This document shows, piece after piece, positions 46,828-57,256 of a stretch of DNA of 64,000 nucleotides (positions within the stretch are counted from its first letter, which is position 1; each line of letters begins with the position of its first letter). The stretch is from an uncultured Planctomycetia bacterium (GTDB lineage: Bacteria > Omnitrophota > Gorgyraeia > 1-14-0-20-64-10), in assembly GCA_964597545.1 (NCBI GenBank), contig CAZQXN010000006.1, forward strand, positions 13,695 to 77,694, given 5' to 3'. Below the pieces are notes generated by a model. That model was not told where the DNA came from and did no database searches. It worked only from the letters and a program-made list of their open reading frames with translations. The translations under genes were made by a program, and so were the position numbers.

Positions 46828-47702
46828 AGTACCTCTATTACCCCGGCTGCTCTCTTAAGGGGACCGGCATGGCCTATGAGGAGTCGATTCTGGAGGTCTT
46901 CAAAATCCTTGGGGTGGAGATCGAGGAGATTAAGGATTGGAACTGCTGCGGTGCGACCGCCTACATGTCGGTGGATGATTCCCAGGCATTGATCTTGGCC
47001 AGCCGCAACTTTGCCATGGCTGAGGGCAGGGGGGAGGATGTGGTGGCTCCCTGCAGCGCTTGCTATCTCACCTTAAGCAAGGCAAACCGGAGATTCCAGG
47101 AGTCACCTCAGTGCCGAGAGAAGGTTGAGCATGCGCTGGAGGAGGCAGGCTTAAAGTATCAGGGCAAGCTCAAGATCCGCCATCCGTTAGATATCCTCTT
47201 TCATGACATCACCCCGCAGGCCATCGCTAAGCACGTGAAGAAGCCGCTCAAAGGTTTTAAGGTGGCCCCTTACTACGGCTGCCAGGTGGTGCGTCCTTAT
47301 GCAACCTTTGATGACCAGTTCCATCCGATGACCATGGACAAGATCTTGTCCGCCCTCGGAGCCGAGGTGGTGCCGTACTCCTTAAAGACCAAATGCTGCA
47401 GCGGTTCTCAAGGCGGTGCGATGCCTGAGGTGACCTATGAGCTGGTCCATGCCCTGCTCAGGGAGGCCAGGCGGGTGGGCGCCAATGCCATGGCTACGGT
47501 CTGTCCGCTCTGCCAGTTTAATCTGGAAGGTTTTCAGGATGAGATCCGGGAGCGGATCGAGGATGTCCGGCTGCCGGTGCTGTACCTGCCGCAGTTGATG
47601 GGCTTGGCCTTTGGTCTGGATGAGAAGAAGCTTGGTATTCAGAGGAATTTTAGCTCGATCCAATCGATCCTGGCCGCCCAGAAGGCAGAGGCCAAGGCAT
47701 GA
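46824..47702 (+). CDS. hdrB: Heterodisulfide reductase subunit B
   Basis: YYPGCSLKGT...WNCCGATAYM...CSACY and YYGCQVVRP...CCSGSQG...VCPLCQFNLE. Confidence 0.85.
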   Translation: MKYLYYPGCSLKGTGMAYEESILEVFKILGVEIEEIKDWNCCGATAYMSVDDSQALILASRNFAMAEGRGEDVVAPCSACYLTLSKANRRFQESPQCREKVEHALEEAGLKYQGKLKIRHPLDILFHDITPQAIAKHVKKPLKGFKVAPYYGCQVVRPYATFDDQFHPMTMDKILSALGAEVVPYSLKTKCCSGSQGGAMPEVTYELVHALLREARRVGANAMATVCPLCQFNLEGFQDEIRERIEDVRLPVLYLPQLMGLAFGLDEKKLGIQRNFSSIQSILAAQKAEAKA

Positions 47703-49717
47703 GCGCTGAAGGGGCAGTGCAGGGAACCGGCCAAGAGGATCTTCGGGTCGGCTTCTACGTCTGCCATTGCGGCGTCAATATCGCCTCGATGATTGACGTC
47801 AAGGCCGTGGCCGAGTTTGCTTCCAAGCTGCCGGGTGTGGTCCTCTCGCGAGAGTACAAATACATGTGCTCTGATCCGGGCCAGGAGTTGATCTCCCAGG
47901 ACATCCGAGACAACCGCCTAAACCGCATTGTGGTGGCTGCCTGCTCGCCGCTTCTGCATGAAGAGACCTTCCGCAAGGCGACTGCCAGCGGGGGCTTAAA
48001 CCCCTTCTTTTTTCACATGGTCAACATCCGGGAGCACGACGCCTGGGTCCATGAGGATCGGGCCTCTGCCACCGAGAAGGCAATCGACTTGGTCCGCGCT
48101 GCGATTGCGCGTGTCGCAGCACACAAGGCCCTTGAGAAGAAACAGGTGCCTGTCCACCCGGATGTCTTGGTCTTGGGCGGCGGCATTGCCGGCATCCAGG
48201 CGGCCTTGACGCTGGCCAATGCCGGCAAGAAAGTGACCTTGGTTGAGCGGGAAGCGACGATCGGCGGCCACATGGCGCAGTTTGACAAGACCTTCCCGAC
48301 CCTTGATTGCTCCGCCTGCATCCTGACCCCTAAGATGTCTGCGGTCAGATCCCACCCCAACATCACCCTTTGGACCTATTCCGAGGTGACCCAGGTCGAC
48401 GGTTTTGTGGGCAACTTCACCGTGACCGTCAAGCGCAAGCCCCGCTACATCAAGGAGGATCTTTGCGTGGGCTGCCTGGAGTGTGTGGAGGCGTGCGTCT
48501 ACAAGGTAGGGCGAACCCCGGATGAGTTCAACATGGGGCTCTCCAAGCGCAAGCCGGTTTACATGCCCTTTCCGCAGGCCACCCCTCAGGTGGTGTTGAT
48601 CGATCCTGAGAGCTGCATTCAGCTTAAATCCGGCAAGTGCAAGCAGACCTGTGTCGAGGCTTGCGGGGACCGCAATGCAGTGGATCTCAAGCAGCTCGAG
48701 GAGATCAAGACCGTTGAAGTCGGCACCATCATTGTGGCGACCGGGTTTAAGACCTTTGACCCCAAGCACACCCCCTATTACGGCTATGGGATTTACCCGG
48801 ATGTCTACACCGCCTTGGAGGTGGAGCGGCTGATCAACGCCTCCGGACCCACCGCGGGCGAGGTCGTGCTTAAGGACGGGCGCAAGCCTAAATCCATCGC
48901 CATCATCCACTGCGTGGGCTCCAGAGACAATTTGACCAATAAGTGGTGTTCCCGGGTCTGTTGCATGTACTCGATGAAGCTGGCGCATCTCATCAAGGAG
49001 AGGACCCAGGCCGAGGTGTACAACTTCTACATCGACATCCGCGCACCCGGCAAGGGATATGAAGAGTTCTACGACCGCCTGCTGGGCGAGGGGGTCCACT
49101 TCATCCGAGGCCGAGTGGCTGAGGTGACCGATGCGGTGATGCCAGGAGAGGAGGCCGGTAAGTTGATCGTCCGCGCGGAGGATACCTTGAGCGGTTTTAT
49201 GCGGCGGGTGCCTGCAGACATGGTGGTCTTGGCTACGGGCCTCGAGCCCAGAGACGACGCCCAGGATGTGCGCAGGCTCTTCAACATGACCTGCTCCACT
49301 GAGGGGTGGTTCCTGGAGCGGCATCCCAAGCTTGCCCCTGTGGAGACATTCACTGACGGCATCTTTATTGCCGGCGGCTGCCAGGGCCCCAAGGACATCC
49401 CGGATACCGTGGCCCAGGCCGGCGCTGCCGCTGCTCAAGCTCTGGCTCTTATTGATACCGGGCACGTGGAGTTAGAGCCCAACACCGCCTACATTGCTGA
49501 AGAGGACTGCTCAGGCTGCAAGTCCTGTATACCGCTGTGCCCCTATACGGCGATCTCCTATGTGGAGGAGAAGAAAAAGGCCGAGATTAACGAGGCGCTG
49601 TGCAAGGGCTGCGGAACCTGCGTGGCCTCTTGCCCCTCCGGCTCCATCCGGCAGAACCTGTTTGAGGACGAAGAGATTTATAAAGAGATTGAGGGGGTGC
49701 AGTCCCATGACAAGTGA
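47699..49717 (+). CDS. hdrA: Heterodisulfide reductase subunit A
   Basis: VGFYVCHCGVNIAS...VLVLGGGIAGIQAAL...FPTLDCSACILTP. Collinear and about 60% identical by eye to 33087..35048. Confidence 0.85.
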   Translation: MSAEGAVQGTGQEDLRVGFYVCHCGVNIASMIDVKAVAEFASKLPGVVLSREYKYMCSDPGQELISQDIRDNRLNRIVVAACSPLLHEETFRKATASGGLNPFFFHMVNIREHDAWVHEDRASATEKAIDLVRAAIARVAAHKALEKKQVPVHPDVLVLGGGIAGIQAALTLANAGKKVTLVEREATIGGHMAQFDKTFPTLDCSACILTPKMSAVRSHPNITLWTYSEVTQVDGFVGNFTVTVKRKPRYIKEDLCVGCLECVEACVYKVGRTPDEFNMGLSKRKPVYMPFPQATPQVVLIDPESCIQLKSGKCKQTCVEACGDRNAVDLKQLEEIKTVEVGTIIVATGFKTFDPKHTPYYGYGIYPDVYTALEVERLINASGPTAGEVVLKDGRKPKSIAIIHCVGSRDNLTNKWCSRVCCMYSMKLAHLIKERTQAEVYNFYIDIRAPGKGYEEFYDRLLGEGVHFIRGRVAEVTDAVMPGEEAGKLIVRAEDTLSGFMRRVPADMVVLATGLEPRDDAQDVRRLFNMTCSTEGWFLERHPKLAPVETFTDGIFIAGGCQGPKDIPDTVAQAGAAAAQALALIDTGHVELEPNTAYIAEEDCSGCKSCIPLCPYTAISYVEEKKKAEINEALCKGCGTCVASCPSGSIRQNLFEDEEIYKEIEGVQSHDK

Positions 49718-50192
49718 TTGGGAGCCGCGGATTGTGGCCTTCTTCTGTAACTGGTGCACCTATACCGCTGCGGATTTGGCAGGTGTTTCCCGCATGAAAT
49801 ATGCCTCCAATGTGCGGATCATTCGACTGATGTGCTCAGGCCGGGTGGATCCGCAGTTTGTGCTGGAGGCCTTTGCCAAAGGGGCTGACGGGGTCTTGAT
49901 CGGCGGCTGCCACCCCGGCGACTGCCATTACATCGAGGGCAATCACAAGGCGATGCGGCGGGTGCGCCTGATGAAGCGGTTGCTCAAGGATATGGGAATT
50001 GAGGAGGAGCGTTTCCGCTTGGAGTGGATCTCTGCTTCGGAGGGGGATAAGGTCAAATCGGTTATTAACGAGATGGTCGAGCAGCTTAAAGCATTGGGTC
50101 CCCTGGCGCTGCCCAAGCGTTTTGTCGACTGGGACAAGGAATGCGCTGAGATGGCCGCCGGGTCCGGACAGGAGCAAGCCCACCATGGGTGA
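49707..50192 (+). CDS. mvhD: MvhD (hydrogenase delta subunit)
   Basis: Start moved to the internal Met (MTSDWEPRIVAFFCNWCTYTAADLAG...), which overlaps the hdrA stop (ATGA). The ORF-track N-extension lies in a different frame, inside hdrA. Confidence 0.85.
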   Translation: MTSDWEPRIVAFFCNWCTYTAADLAGVSRMKYASNVRIIRLMCSGRVDPQFVLEAFAKGADGVLIGGCHPGDCHYIEGNHKAMRRVRLMKRLLKDMGIEEERFRLEWISASEGDKVKSVINEMVEQLKALGPLALPKRFVDWDKECAEMAAGSGQEQAHHG

Positions 50193-51171
50193 GAAGCCGA
50201 AGGTTGCCTTTTACTGGTGCGCCTCCTGCGGGGGATGCGAGGAGTCGATCGTAGATCTCGCCGAGGATCTGCTCAGAGTCACAGAGGCGGTTGATATTGT
50301 CTTTTGGCCGGTGGGGCTGGATTTTAAGCGTAAGGATGTGGAGGCGCTGCCGGACGGGGCGATCTTGGCCTGTCTCCTCAATGGCGCCATTCGGACCTCT
50401 GAGCAGGAGGAGATGGCCCGGTTGCTGCGCAGAAAGAGCCAGGTGATGGTTGCCTATGGCGCCTGCGCTCACATGGGGGGTATTCCGGGCCTTGCCAACC
50501 AGTTCAGCCGCGAGCAGCTCTTGAAGTACGTTTACGAAGAGGCCCCTTCGGTTGATAACCCCGACAAGACCCGTCCGATGCCTAAGTTTGAAGAAGCCGG
50601 CCGCACTGCAACCCTGCCTGTTTTCCGAAACATGGTGCGCTCATTGGACCAAGTGGTGGATGTGGAGTATTACCTGCCGGGTTGCCCGCCCACCCCAGGG
50701 CTTCTCAAGGAGGCAGTCTTTACACTGCTCTCCGGCAAGCTCCCTCCAAAGGGAACAGTCCTGGCCCCGGATATTGCCCTGTGTGATACCTGTCCTCGCA
50801 AGGAGTCCAAGCCCACAGATGTTAGCTTCACTGAGCTTAAGCGCCCGCACGTCTCTGAGATCGATCCGGAGGCTTGTTTGCTGGCCCAGGGGTTTGTCTG
50901 CATGGGTCCTGCCACTCGCGGTGGGTGTGAGGCCCTGTGCGTGAACGGCAACATGCCCTGCACCGGTTGTTTCGGCCCGACCTCCCGCGTGCGGGACCAG
51001 GGGGCCAAGATCCTCTCCTCCATCTCCGCCAATATCTCGGCGACCGAAGAAGAAGGGGCAGACAAGATTCTGTCGGGATTGCCGGATCCGGTGGGCACCT
51101 TTTACCGCTATGGGCTGGCCAAGTCTCTAATGAGGCGCAACCTGGCTGCCGGCCAGGAGAAGAAGGGATAA
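50185..51171 (+). CDS. mvhG: [NiFe] hydrogenase small subunit MvhG
   Basis: Start at MGEKPKVAFYWCASCGGCEES (internal Met). Collinear with 37865..38851. Confidence 0.8.
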   Translation: MGEKPKVAFYWCASCGGCEESIVDLAEDLLRVTEAVDIVFWPVGLDFKRKDVEALPDGAILACLLNGAIRTSEQEEMARLLRRKSQVMVAYGACAHMGGIPGLANQFSREQLLKYVYEEAPSVDNPDKTRPMPKFEEAGRTATLPVFRNMVRSLDQVVDVEYYLPGCPPTPGLLKEAVFTLLSGKLPPKGTVLAPDIALCDTCPRKESKPTDVSFTELKRPHVSEIDPEACLLAQGFVCMGPATRGGCEALCVNGNMPCTGCFGPTSRVRDQGAKILSSISANISATEEEGADKILSGLPDPVGTFYRYGLAKSLMRRNLAAGQEKKG

Positions 51172-51179
51172 CCTTAAAG

Positions 51180-52727
51180 ATGGACAAAGAAATCCAGAAG
51201 AACTGGGAGAGGGGCCGGGCCGGCGCAGATGAGAGTTATCTCAAGAAGCGGCGCGTAGTGATTGACCCGATCACCCGCCTGGAGGGGCACGGCAAGGTCG
51301 ACATTCATCTTAACGAGGAAGGGGATGTGGACCGGGCCTATTTCCAGATACCGGAGCTCAGAGGTTTTGAGGTCTTTAGTCTCGGCCGCCCGGCTGAGGA
51401 CATGCCGCAGATTACCAGCCGCATCTGCGGGGTCTGCCCCACCGCCCATCACATGGCTGCCACCAAGGCGCTGGATGATCTGTATCAGGTGGAGCCCACC
51501 CCGGCGGCCAAGAAGATCCGGGAACTTGTCTACAACACCTTCATGCTTGAGGATCACGCCCTCCATGTCTATATCCTGGGTGGGCCGGACTTCATTGTGG
51601 GACCCGATGCGCCGGCCGAGACCCGCAATGTCCTCGGCGTCATTGAGAAGGTGGGTGTGGAGGTGGGCAAGAGGGTCATCGCCACTCGGCGCCGCCTGCG
51701 GGAATTGATCACCCATTTGGGTGGCAAGGTGATCCACCCGGTTCTGGGGCTTCCAGGCGGAGTGGCCAAGGGGTTGACCCAAGAGGAGCTGCCGCACTTT
51801 CAGCAATTGGCCAAGGACGCGGTGGAATTTGCAGAGTTTACCCTGCAGGTTTTCCGGGACCTGGTCTTAAAGAACGACGCCTACGTCAAGCTCATCACCT
51901 CAGATCACTACACGCATAAGACTTACTACATGGGTTTGGTGGATGAGGCAAACAAGGTCAACTTCTATGACGGCAAGATTCGCGTGGTTGATCCGGAGGG
52001 GAAGGTCTTAACCGATTTTGCCCCGCAGCAGTACCTTGACCACGTCGCCGAGCATGTGGAGCCTTGGAGCTATGTCAAATTCTGCTACTTAAAATCCGTC
52101 GGCTGGCAGGGTTTTGCTGAAGGGCCGGAGAGCGGCATCTATGCGGTGGCCCCTCTGGCTCGGCTCAATGCCTCTGACGGTATGGCCACCCCTAAGGCCC
52201 AGAAGGCGTACGAGGAGTTTTATGCGATCTTGGGGGGCAAGCCGGTCCACCACACCCTGGCCAACCATTGGGCCCGGGTGGTGGAGATGGTCTATGCGGC
52301 CGAGCGGATCGAAGAGCTGCTCGACGACCCGGAGATTACCAGCACCGATCTTCGCGTCATCCCCACCAAGACCCCCAAGGTTGGCATGGGGGTGGTGGAG
52401 GCGCCCCGAGGCACCCTGTTCCATCACTTTGAAACCGATGAAAAGGGTTTGCTTACCAAGGTGAACCTCATTGTTGCCACCCAGAACAACGCAGGCCGCA
52501 TCGCCATGAGCGTGGAGAAGGCCGCCAAGGGCTTGATCCGCAAGGGTAAGGTTTCTGACGGCTTGCTGAACATGGTGGAGATGGCATTCCGCGCTTACGA
52601 CCCCTGTCACGCTTGCGCCACCCACTCGCTTCCCGGCCAGATGCCCCTGATTTTGCAGGTGCGTGATGCGTCGGGCCGCGTTGTTGAGGAGGTCAGCCGA
52701 TGCGTGACCCCAAACCCCGCACCTTAA
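51180..52727 (+). CDS. mvhA: [NiFe] hydrogenase large subunit MvhA
   Basis: Start at MDKEIQ... (internal Met). RLEGHG...RICGVCPTAHH ... DPCHACATHS. Confidence 0.85.
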   Translation: MDKEIQKNWERGRAGADESYLKKRRVVIDPITRLEGHGKVDIHLNEEGDVDRAYFQIPELRGFEVFSLGRPAEDMPQITSRICGVCPTAHHMAATKALDDLYQVEPTPAAKKIRELVYNTFMLEDHALHVYILGGPDFIVGPDAPAETRNVLGVIEKVGVEVGKRVIATRRRLRELITHLGGKVIHPVLGLPGGVAKGLTQEELPHFQQLAKDAVEFAEFTLQVFRDLVLKNDAYVKLITSDHYTHKTYYMGLVDEANKVNFYDGKIRVVDPEGKVLTDFAPQQYLDHVAEHVEPWSYVKFCYLKSVGWQGFAEGPESGIYAVAPLARLNASDGMATPKAQKAYEEFYAILGGKPVHHTLANHWARVVEMVYAAERIEELLDDPEITSTDLRVIPTKTPKVGMGVVEAPRGTLFHHFETDEKGLLTKVNLIVATQNNAGRIAMSVEKAAKGLIRKGKVSDGLLNMVEMAFRAYDPCHACATHSLPGQMPLILQVRDASGRVVEEVSRCVTPNPAP

Positions 52728-53194
52728 TCCTCGCTTTCGGCAACGACATTCAGGGTGACGATGCGGTGGGGCTCGTTGCCGCACGGATGTTGAAGCAGGA
52801 GCTTCCCGAGGTGGAGGTGATGGAGGTTCCGGGAGCCGGCATGGATCTCTTAGAGCTGTGCGAGGGTCACACGCACGCCCTTTTGCTGGATGCGGTGGTG
52901 ACCGCACAGCACCCCCCAGGCACTGTTTTGCACTTCAGCCGCGAGGATTTCCAGAAGGTGGTGGCCCCCTCCCTGCATTACGCGGGGCTCCCTGAGATCT
53001 TCGGTATCTCTGAGAAGCTCAAGCTGCCTTTCCCCAAGACCTTTCGCATCTTGGCCATTGAGATTGAAAAGTCCGATGATTTCCGAGAGGGCTTAGGTCC
53101 AGAGATTCAAGCGGCTTTGCCCCGCTATGTGGATGAGGCTCGAGCGATCTTGAAGAGTTGGAACACAGAGGCAGCATGCACGAATACTCATTGA
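52700..53194 (+). CDS. Hydrogenase maturation endopeptidase (HycI/HybD family)
   Basis: LILAFGNDIQGDDAVGLVAARMLKQ...GMDLLEL...LLDAV is the typical large-subunit C-terminal processing protease. Confidence 0.75.
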   Translation: MRDPKPRTLILAFGNDIQGDDAVGLVAARMLKQELPEVEVMEVPGAGMDLLELCEGHTHALLLDAVVTAQHPPGTVLHFSREDFQKVVAPSLHYAGLPEIFGISEKLKLPFPKTFRILAIEIEKSDDFREGLGPEIQAALPRYVDEARAILKSWNTEAACTNTH

Positions 53195-55926
53195 TGCAGG
53201 GGGTGATTGAGGCGATCCTGGCCGACCTCAAGCGGCAGGGGATTGCTGAGGCTGCGCGGATTGAGGAGGTGGCGCTGAGCATCGGGGCTTTAAGCATTCA
53301 CTCCGCAGAATCCTGCGAACAGGCCTTTGAGATTGAAACCCAAGGAACACCGTTGGAAGGGGCGCGCCTGAACCTGACGGTGGTCCCCATCACCCTTCGC
53401 TGTCCCGCCTGTGGGTTTAAGGGCAGCTGCCCCTCAGGCAAATGCGATCCGCACCAATCGGTGCCTTACTTGGAGTGCCCCTCCTGTTCCGGAATGGCTC
53501 ATGTGGAAGGGGGCAGGGGGGTGGAATCGATCCATCTGGTGACCGACGGCGAGACCCCCGAGATCCTCTCCGGCGCGGCCCCCTCTCTTCGTCTGCGCGT
53601 AACGGTGCGCGGTGCGGTACAGGGTGTGGGATTTCGTCCCTTTATCTATCGCCTTGCCACTGAATTGGGTTTAGCCGGTGAGGTGACCAATACCCCCCAG
53701 GGTGTTTTGATCGAGGTCGAAGGTCCTCCGGAGCCGCTCAAGGCCTTTTTGTTAAGGATTGAGCGGGAGAAGCCCCCTCACGCATCGATCCAAAGCCTGG
53801 AATCGACCTATCTGGATCCCGCGGGATTTGCCTCCTTTGAGATTCGACCCAGCAAAACTCAAGGCTTAAAACGCGCGCTGGTGATGCCAGACATCGCCAC
53901 CTGCCCGGAGTGCTTAAAGGAACTCAATGATCCCAAGGACCGGCGCTACCAATACCCCTTTATCAACTGTACCCACTGCGGGCCCCGCTTTTCTCTGATT
54001 ACAAATCTTCCGTACGACCGGCCCAATACCACCATGGCACGCTTTACCTTGTGTGATGCTTGCCAGGTTGAGTACGACGATCCCCAAAGCCGCCGTTTCC
54101 ATGCCCAGCCCAATGCGTGTCCGGAGTGCGGCCCGAGCCTGGCTCTTTGGGACCCCCAGGGAAAAGCGTTGGCCGAGCGCGATGAAGCGCTGCGCTTAAG
54201 CGTCCAGGCCATTCGAGAGGGGAAGATCGTCGCAGTCAAGGGCCTTGGGGGGTTTCATCTGGTTGTGGATGCGGCCAACCAGCAGGCGGTCTTGCGTCTG
54301 CGCGAACGCAAGCACCGGGAAGAAAAACCCTTTGCCTTGATGGTTCCGACCTTGGAGAGCATCCGGGAGCACTGCGATTGCTCAGCCCTCGAGGAGCGCC
54401 TCTTGCGCTCACCCGAGGCACCCATTGTTTTGCTGCGGCGCAAGAATGAAGTTCGTCAAGGGGTGATTGCGGGGTCAGTCGCTCCTGACAACCCTAACCT
54501 CGGGGTGATGCTCCCCTATACGCCGCTGCATCATCTCTTGCTGGCTGAGTTGGGTGCACCCATTGTGGCAACCAGCGGCAACTTGTCAGATGAACCGATC
54601 TGCACCGATGAACAGGAGGCGCTGGAACGCCTGAGCGGCATCGCAGATCTCTTCCTGGTCCACGATCGTCCGATTGCCCGCCATGTTGATGATTCGATTG
54701 TCCGTGTGGTGATGAACCGGGAGCTGGTGCTGCGCCGCGCCCGCGGTTTTGCCCCCCTTCCGGTGACCTTGAAGACTCCTGTTGAGAATTGCATGGCCGT
54801 GGGGGGGCATCTCAAGAACACTGTGGCCGTTGCCTTTGAGAATCAAACGGTGCTCAGTCAGCACATCGGCGATTTGGAGACTGCCGAGGCCTCCAAGGTT
54901 TTTCAGGAGACCTTCGGAGATTTTCAGAAATTTTACGAGGTGGATCCTCGGACAGTTGCTTGCGATGCGCACCCTGACTACCGCTCCACGTGCTTTGCCA
55001 AGGGCTTGGGGCTGCCGACGGTGCAGGTGCAGCACCATGAGGCGCATGTGCGAGCCTGCATGGCTGAGAATGAGTTGGACGGCACAGTGCTCGGCGCTGC
55101 CTGGGATGGAACCGGTTATGGATCAGACAGCACCATCTGGGGCGGCGAGTTCCTGCTGGTGGATGGGTCCTCGTGCCGGCGCGTTGCCCACCTGCGCCCC
55201 TTTGACTTGCCCGGCGGCGAACAGGCGGTTAAGGAGCCCGGGCGCATTGCGCTGGGTTTGCTGGAGGCGTTGGGGGGCGAGAAGCTTGCCGGGTATGATG
55301 CCTTAGCGCCGGTGAAATCCTTTAACGCGCGTGAACGCGAGATTATTTTGCGCATGCTTAAGCAGAAGATCAACACCCCAGTTACCTCAAGCGCCGGTCG
55401 GCTCTTTGATGCGGTTGCTTCCCTGGTGGGCTTGCGTCAGATCTGTCGGTTTGAGGCGCAGGCTGCGATGGAGCTTGAATATGCGGCTGAGGGGGTCCGG
55501 ACCGATCAAGCCTATTTTATGGCAGCGGCGCCCTGTGCGTTGGCGCATGCTAAGTCAGAGCCGCACCTCATGATAGATTGGGAGCCGATGATCTTGGAAC
55601 TCCTCAAGGATCTGTGCGCCGGCACACCGGTCAGCGAAATCTCAGCAAAATTCCACAATGGATTGGCCCAAACCATTGCGGCTGTCGCAGGGCAGGTGGG
55701 TGCAGCGCGGGTGGTCCTTGCCGGCGGCTGTTTTCAGAATCGCATTCTAACCGAACAGGCAGTCAACCGCTTGCAGGCGGCGGGATTTAAACCTTATTGG
55801 CACCAGAGGGTGCCGCCCAATGACGGCGGCATCGCCCTTGGGCAGATTGCTGCGGCAGCCCGCATATTTGAACATGCGCCCAAGAAGGAGGAGGCATGTG
55901 CCTCGGTATCCCCGGTAAAATCCTAG
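53176..55926 (+). CDS. hypF: HypA-HypF fusion: N-terminal HypA (Ni-metallochaperone) domain fused to HypF carbamoyltransferase
   Basis: N-terminus MHEYSLMQGVIEAIL...CPACG...CPSC is HypA (MHE Ni site plus Zn CxxC pairs). This is continuous in frame with the HypF acylphosphatase (VQGVGFRPF), two Zn fingers (CPECL...CTHCGPRF; CDACQ...CPECGP), YrdC and Kae1-like domains. Confidence 0.7.
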   Translation: MHEYSLMQGVIEAILADLKRQGIAEAARIEEVALSIGALSIHSAESCEQAFEIETQGTPLEGARLNLTVVPITLRCPACGFKGSCPSGKCDPHQSVPYLECPSCSGMAHVEGGRGVESIHLVTDGETPEILSGAAPSLRLRVTVRGAVQGVGFRPFIYRLATELGLAGEVTNTPQGVLIEVEGPPEPLKAFLLRIEREKPPHASIQSLESTYLDPAGFASFEIRPSKTQGLKRALVMPDIATCPECLKELNDPKDRRYQYPFINCTHCGPRFSLITNLPYDRPNTTMARFTLCDACQVEYDDPQSRRFHAQPNACPECGPSLALWDPQGKALAERDEALRLSVQAIREGKIVAVKGLGGFHLVVDAANQQAVLRLRERKHREEKPFALMVPTLESIREHCDCSALEERLLRSPEAPIVLLRRKNEVRQGVIAGSVAPDNPNLGVMLPYTPLHHLLLAELGAPIVATSGNLSDEPICTDEQEALERLSGIADLFLVHDRPIARHVDDSIVRVVMNRELVLRRARGFAPLPVTLKTPVENCMAVGGHLKNTVAVAFENQTVLSQHIGDLETAEASKVFQETFGDFQKFYEVDPRTVACDAHPDYRSTCFAKGLGLPTVQVQHHEAHVRACMAENELDGTVLGAAWDGTGYGSDSTIWGGEFLLVDGSSCRRVAHLRPFDLPGGEQAVKEPGRIALGLLEALGGEKLAGYDALAPVKSFNAREREIILRMLKQKINTPVTSSAGRLFDAVASLVGLRQICRFEAQAAMELEYAAEGVRTDQAYFMAAAPCALAHAKSEPHLMIDWEPMILELLKDLCAGTPVSEISAKFHNGLAQTIAAVAGQVGAARVVLAGGCFQNRILTEQAVNRLQAAGFKPYWHQRVPPNDGGIALGQIAAAARIFEHAPKKEEACASVSPVKS

Positions 55927-56150
55927 AGATTGATACCCAAGGCCCCTTGAAACGCCAGGGCAAGGCCAGCTTCGGCGGCATTGTTAAAGAGGTCAATCTC
56001 TCCTATGTTCCCGAGGCCGAGGTGGGCCAATACGTCATCGTGCACGTTGGCTTTGCCATCAGCGTCATCAATGAGGCCGAGGCCCAGGAGACCCTCTCTT
56101 ATCTTAAAGAGATGGGGGAACTGGCTGAGCTCGAGGGCACGTCGGAATGA
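55896..56150 (+). CDS. hypC: Hydrogenase maturation factor HypC
   Basis: [12 protein letters not shown]... canonical N-terminus. Confidence 0.85.
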   Translation: MCLGIPGKILEIDTQGPLKRQGKASFGGIVKEVNLSYVPEAEVGQYVIVHVGFAISVINEAEAQETLSYLKEMGELAELEGTSE

Positions 56151-57256
56151 AATTCATCGACGAGTATCGCGATGTTGAATTGGCCCAACAGTATGCCCGG
56201 GCCATTACGCGCCTGACCACAAAGCCCTGGACCCTCATGGAGGTCTGCGGAGGGCAGACGCACGCGATCGTGAAATTCGGAATTGACGAGCTGCTGCCTC
56301 GGCAGATCACCTTGGTCCATGGGCCGGGGTGCCCGGTTTGTGTGACCCCATTGGAGTTGATCGACAAGGGCATTGCCATTGCATCCACTCCTAAGACAAT
56401 CTTCTGCTCCTTCGGGGACATGCTCCGTGTGCCCGGAAGCAAGCAGGACCTCTTTGCGGTTAAGGCTGCCGGGGGTGACATCCGCGTGGTCTACTCTCCC
56501 CTGGATGCGGTGAAAATCGCTCAGCAGAACCCAGAGCGTGAGGTGGTCTTCTTTGCCGTGGGCTTTGAGACCACGGCACCTGCCAACGCCATGGCGGTTT
56601 ACCAAGCCCGTCAGCTTAAACTTGCGAACTTTTCGATCTTAGTCTCCCACGCCTTGGTTCCTCCGGCCATGGAGGCGGTCCTCTCCTCCAAGCAGGCGCG
56701 CGTGCAAGGTTTCTTGGCGGCCGGCCATGTCTGCACCGTGATGGGGTATACCGAGTACGAGCCGATTGCGGAAAAACACCAGGTACCCATTGTGGTTACC
56801 GGTTTTGAGCCGGTCGATATCCTCCAGGGGGTCTTGATGTGCGTTAAGCAGTTGGAGGGGGGCAGAGCAGAGGTTGAGAACCAGTATGCTCGCTCAGTCA
56901 AGCGACAAGGAAACGCACCGGCGCTAAAACTCATCCGAGAGGTTTTCAAAGTTGTGCCCCGCAAGTGGCGCGGAATCGGAGAAATCCCTCAAAGCGGCCT
57001 GGGGCTGACCTCAAGCTACAGCGCTTTTGATGCTGAGCAGCGTTTTGGTGTAGCCGCCGAAAGCGTTGAGGAATCCAGTGAGTGTGTGAGCGGCCTTATC
57101 CTTCAGGGGCTGAGGAAACCTGACTCCTGCCCTGCTTTTGGAACGCGATGCACCCCGGAGCATCCCCTGGGGGCAACGATGGTATCTTCCGAAGGGGCCT
57201 GTGCGGCCTACTACCGATTCCGGTGGGTAAAGCCGCAAGAGGCCCACCGTGCCTGA
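56147..57256 (+). CDS. hypD: Hydrogenase maturation factor HypD
   Basis: ...[11 protein letters not shown]...[10 protein letters not shown]...FETT...GFEP.. motifs. Confidence 0.85.
   Translation: MKFIDEYRDVELAQQYARAITRLTTKPWTLMEVCGGQTHAIVKFGIDELLPRQITLVHGPGCPVCVTPLELIDKGIAIASTPKTIFCSFGDMLRVPGSKQDLFAVKAAGGDIRVVYSPLDAVKIAQQNPEREVVFFAVGFETTAPANAMAVYQARQLKLANFSILVSHALVPPAMEAVLSSKQARVQGFLAAGHVCTVMGYTEYEPIAEKHQVPIVVTGFEPVDILQGVLMCVKQLEGGRAEVENQYARSVKRQGNAPALKLIREVFKVVPRKWRGIGEIPQSGLGLTSSYSAFDAEQRFGVAAESVEESSECVSGLILQGLRKPDSCPAFGTRCTPEHPLGATMVSSEGACAAYYRFRWVKPQEAHRA

Noticed and set aside
49494-51179. ORF-track N-terminal extensions of mvhD#2 (from 49494), mvhG#2 (from 49999) and mvhA#2 (from 50937)
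   Set aside because: The extensions are Arg/Pro-rich translations of the upstream gene in another frame. Conserved N-termini (MTSDWEPRIVAFF, MGEKPKVAFYW, MDKEIQ...RVVIDPITRLEGHG) start at internal Mets that abut the upstream stop, exactly as in cluster 1.
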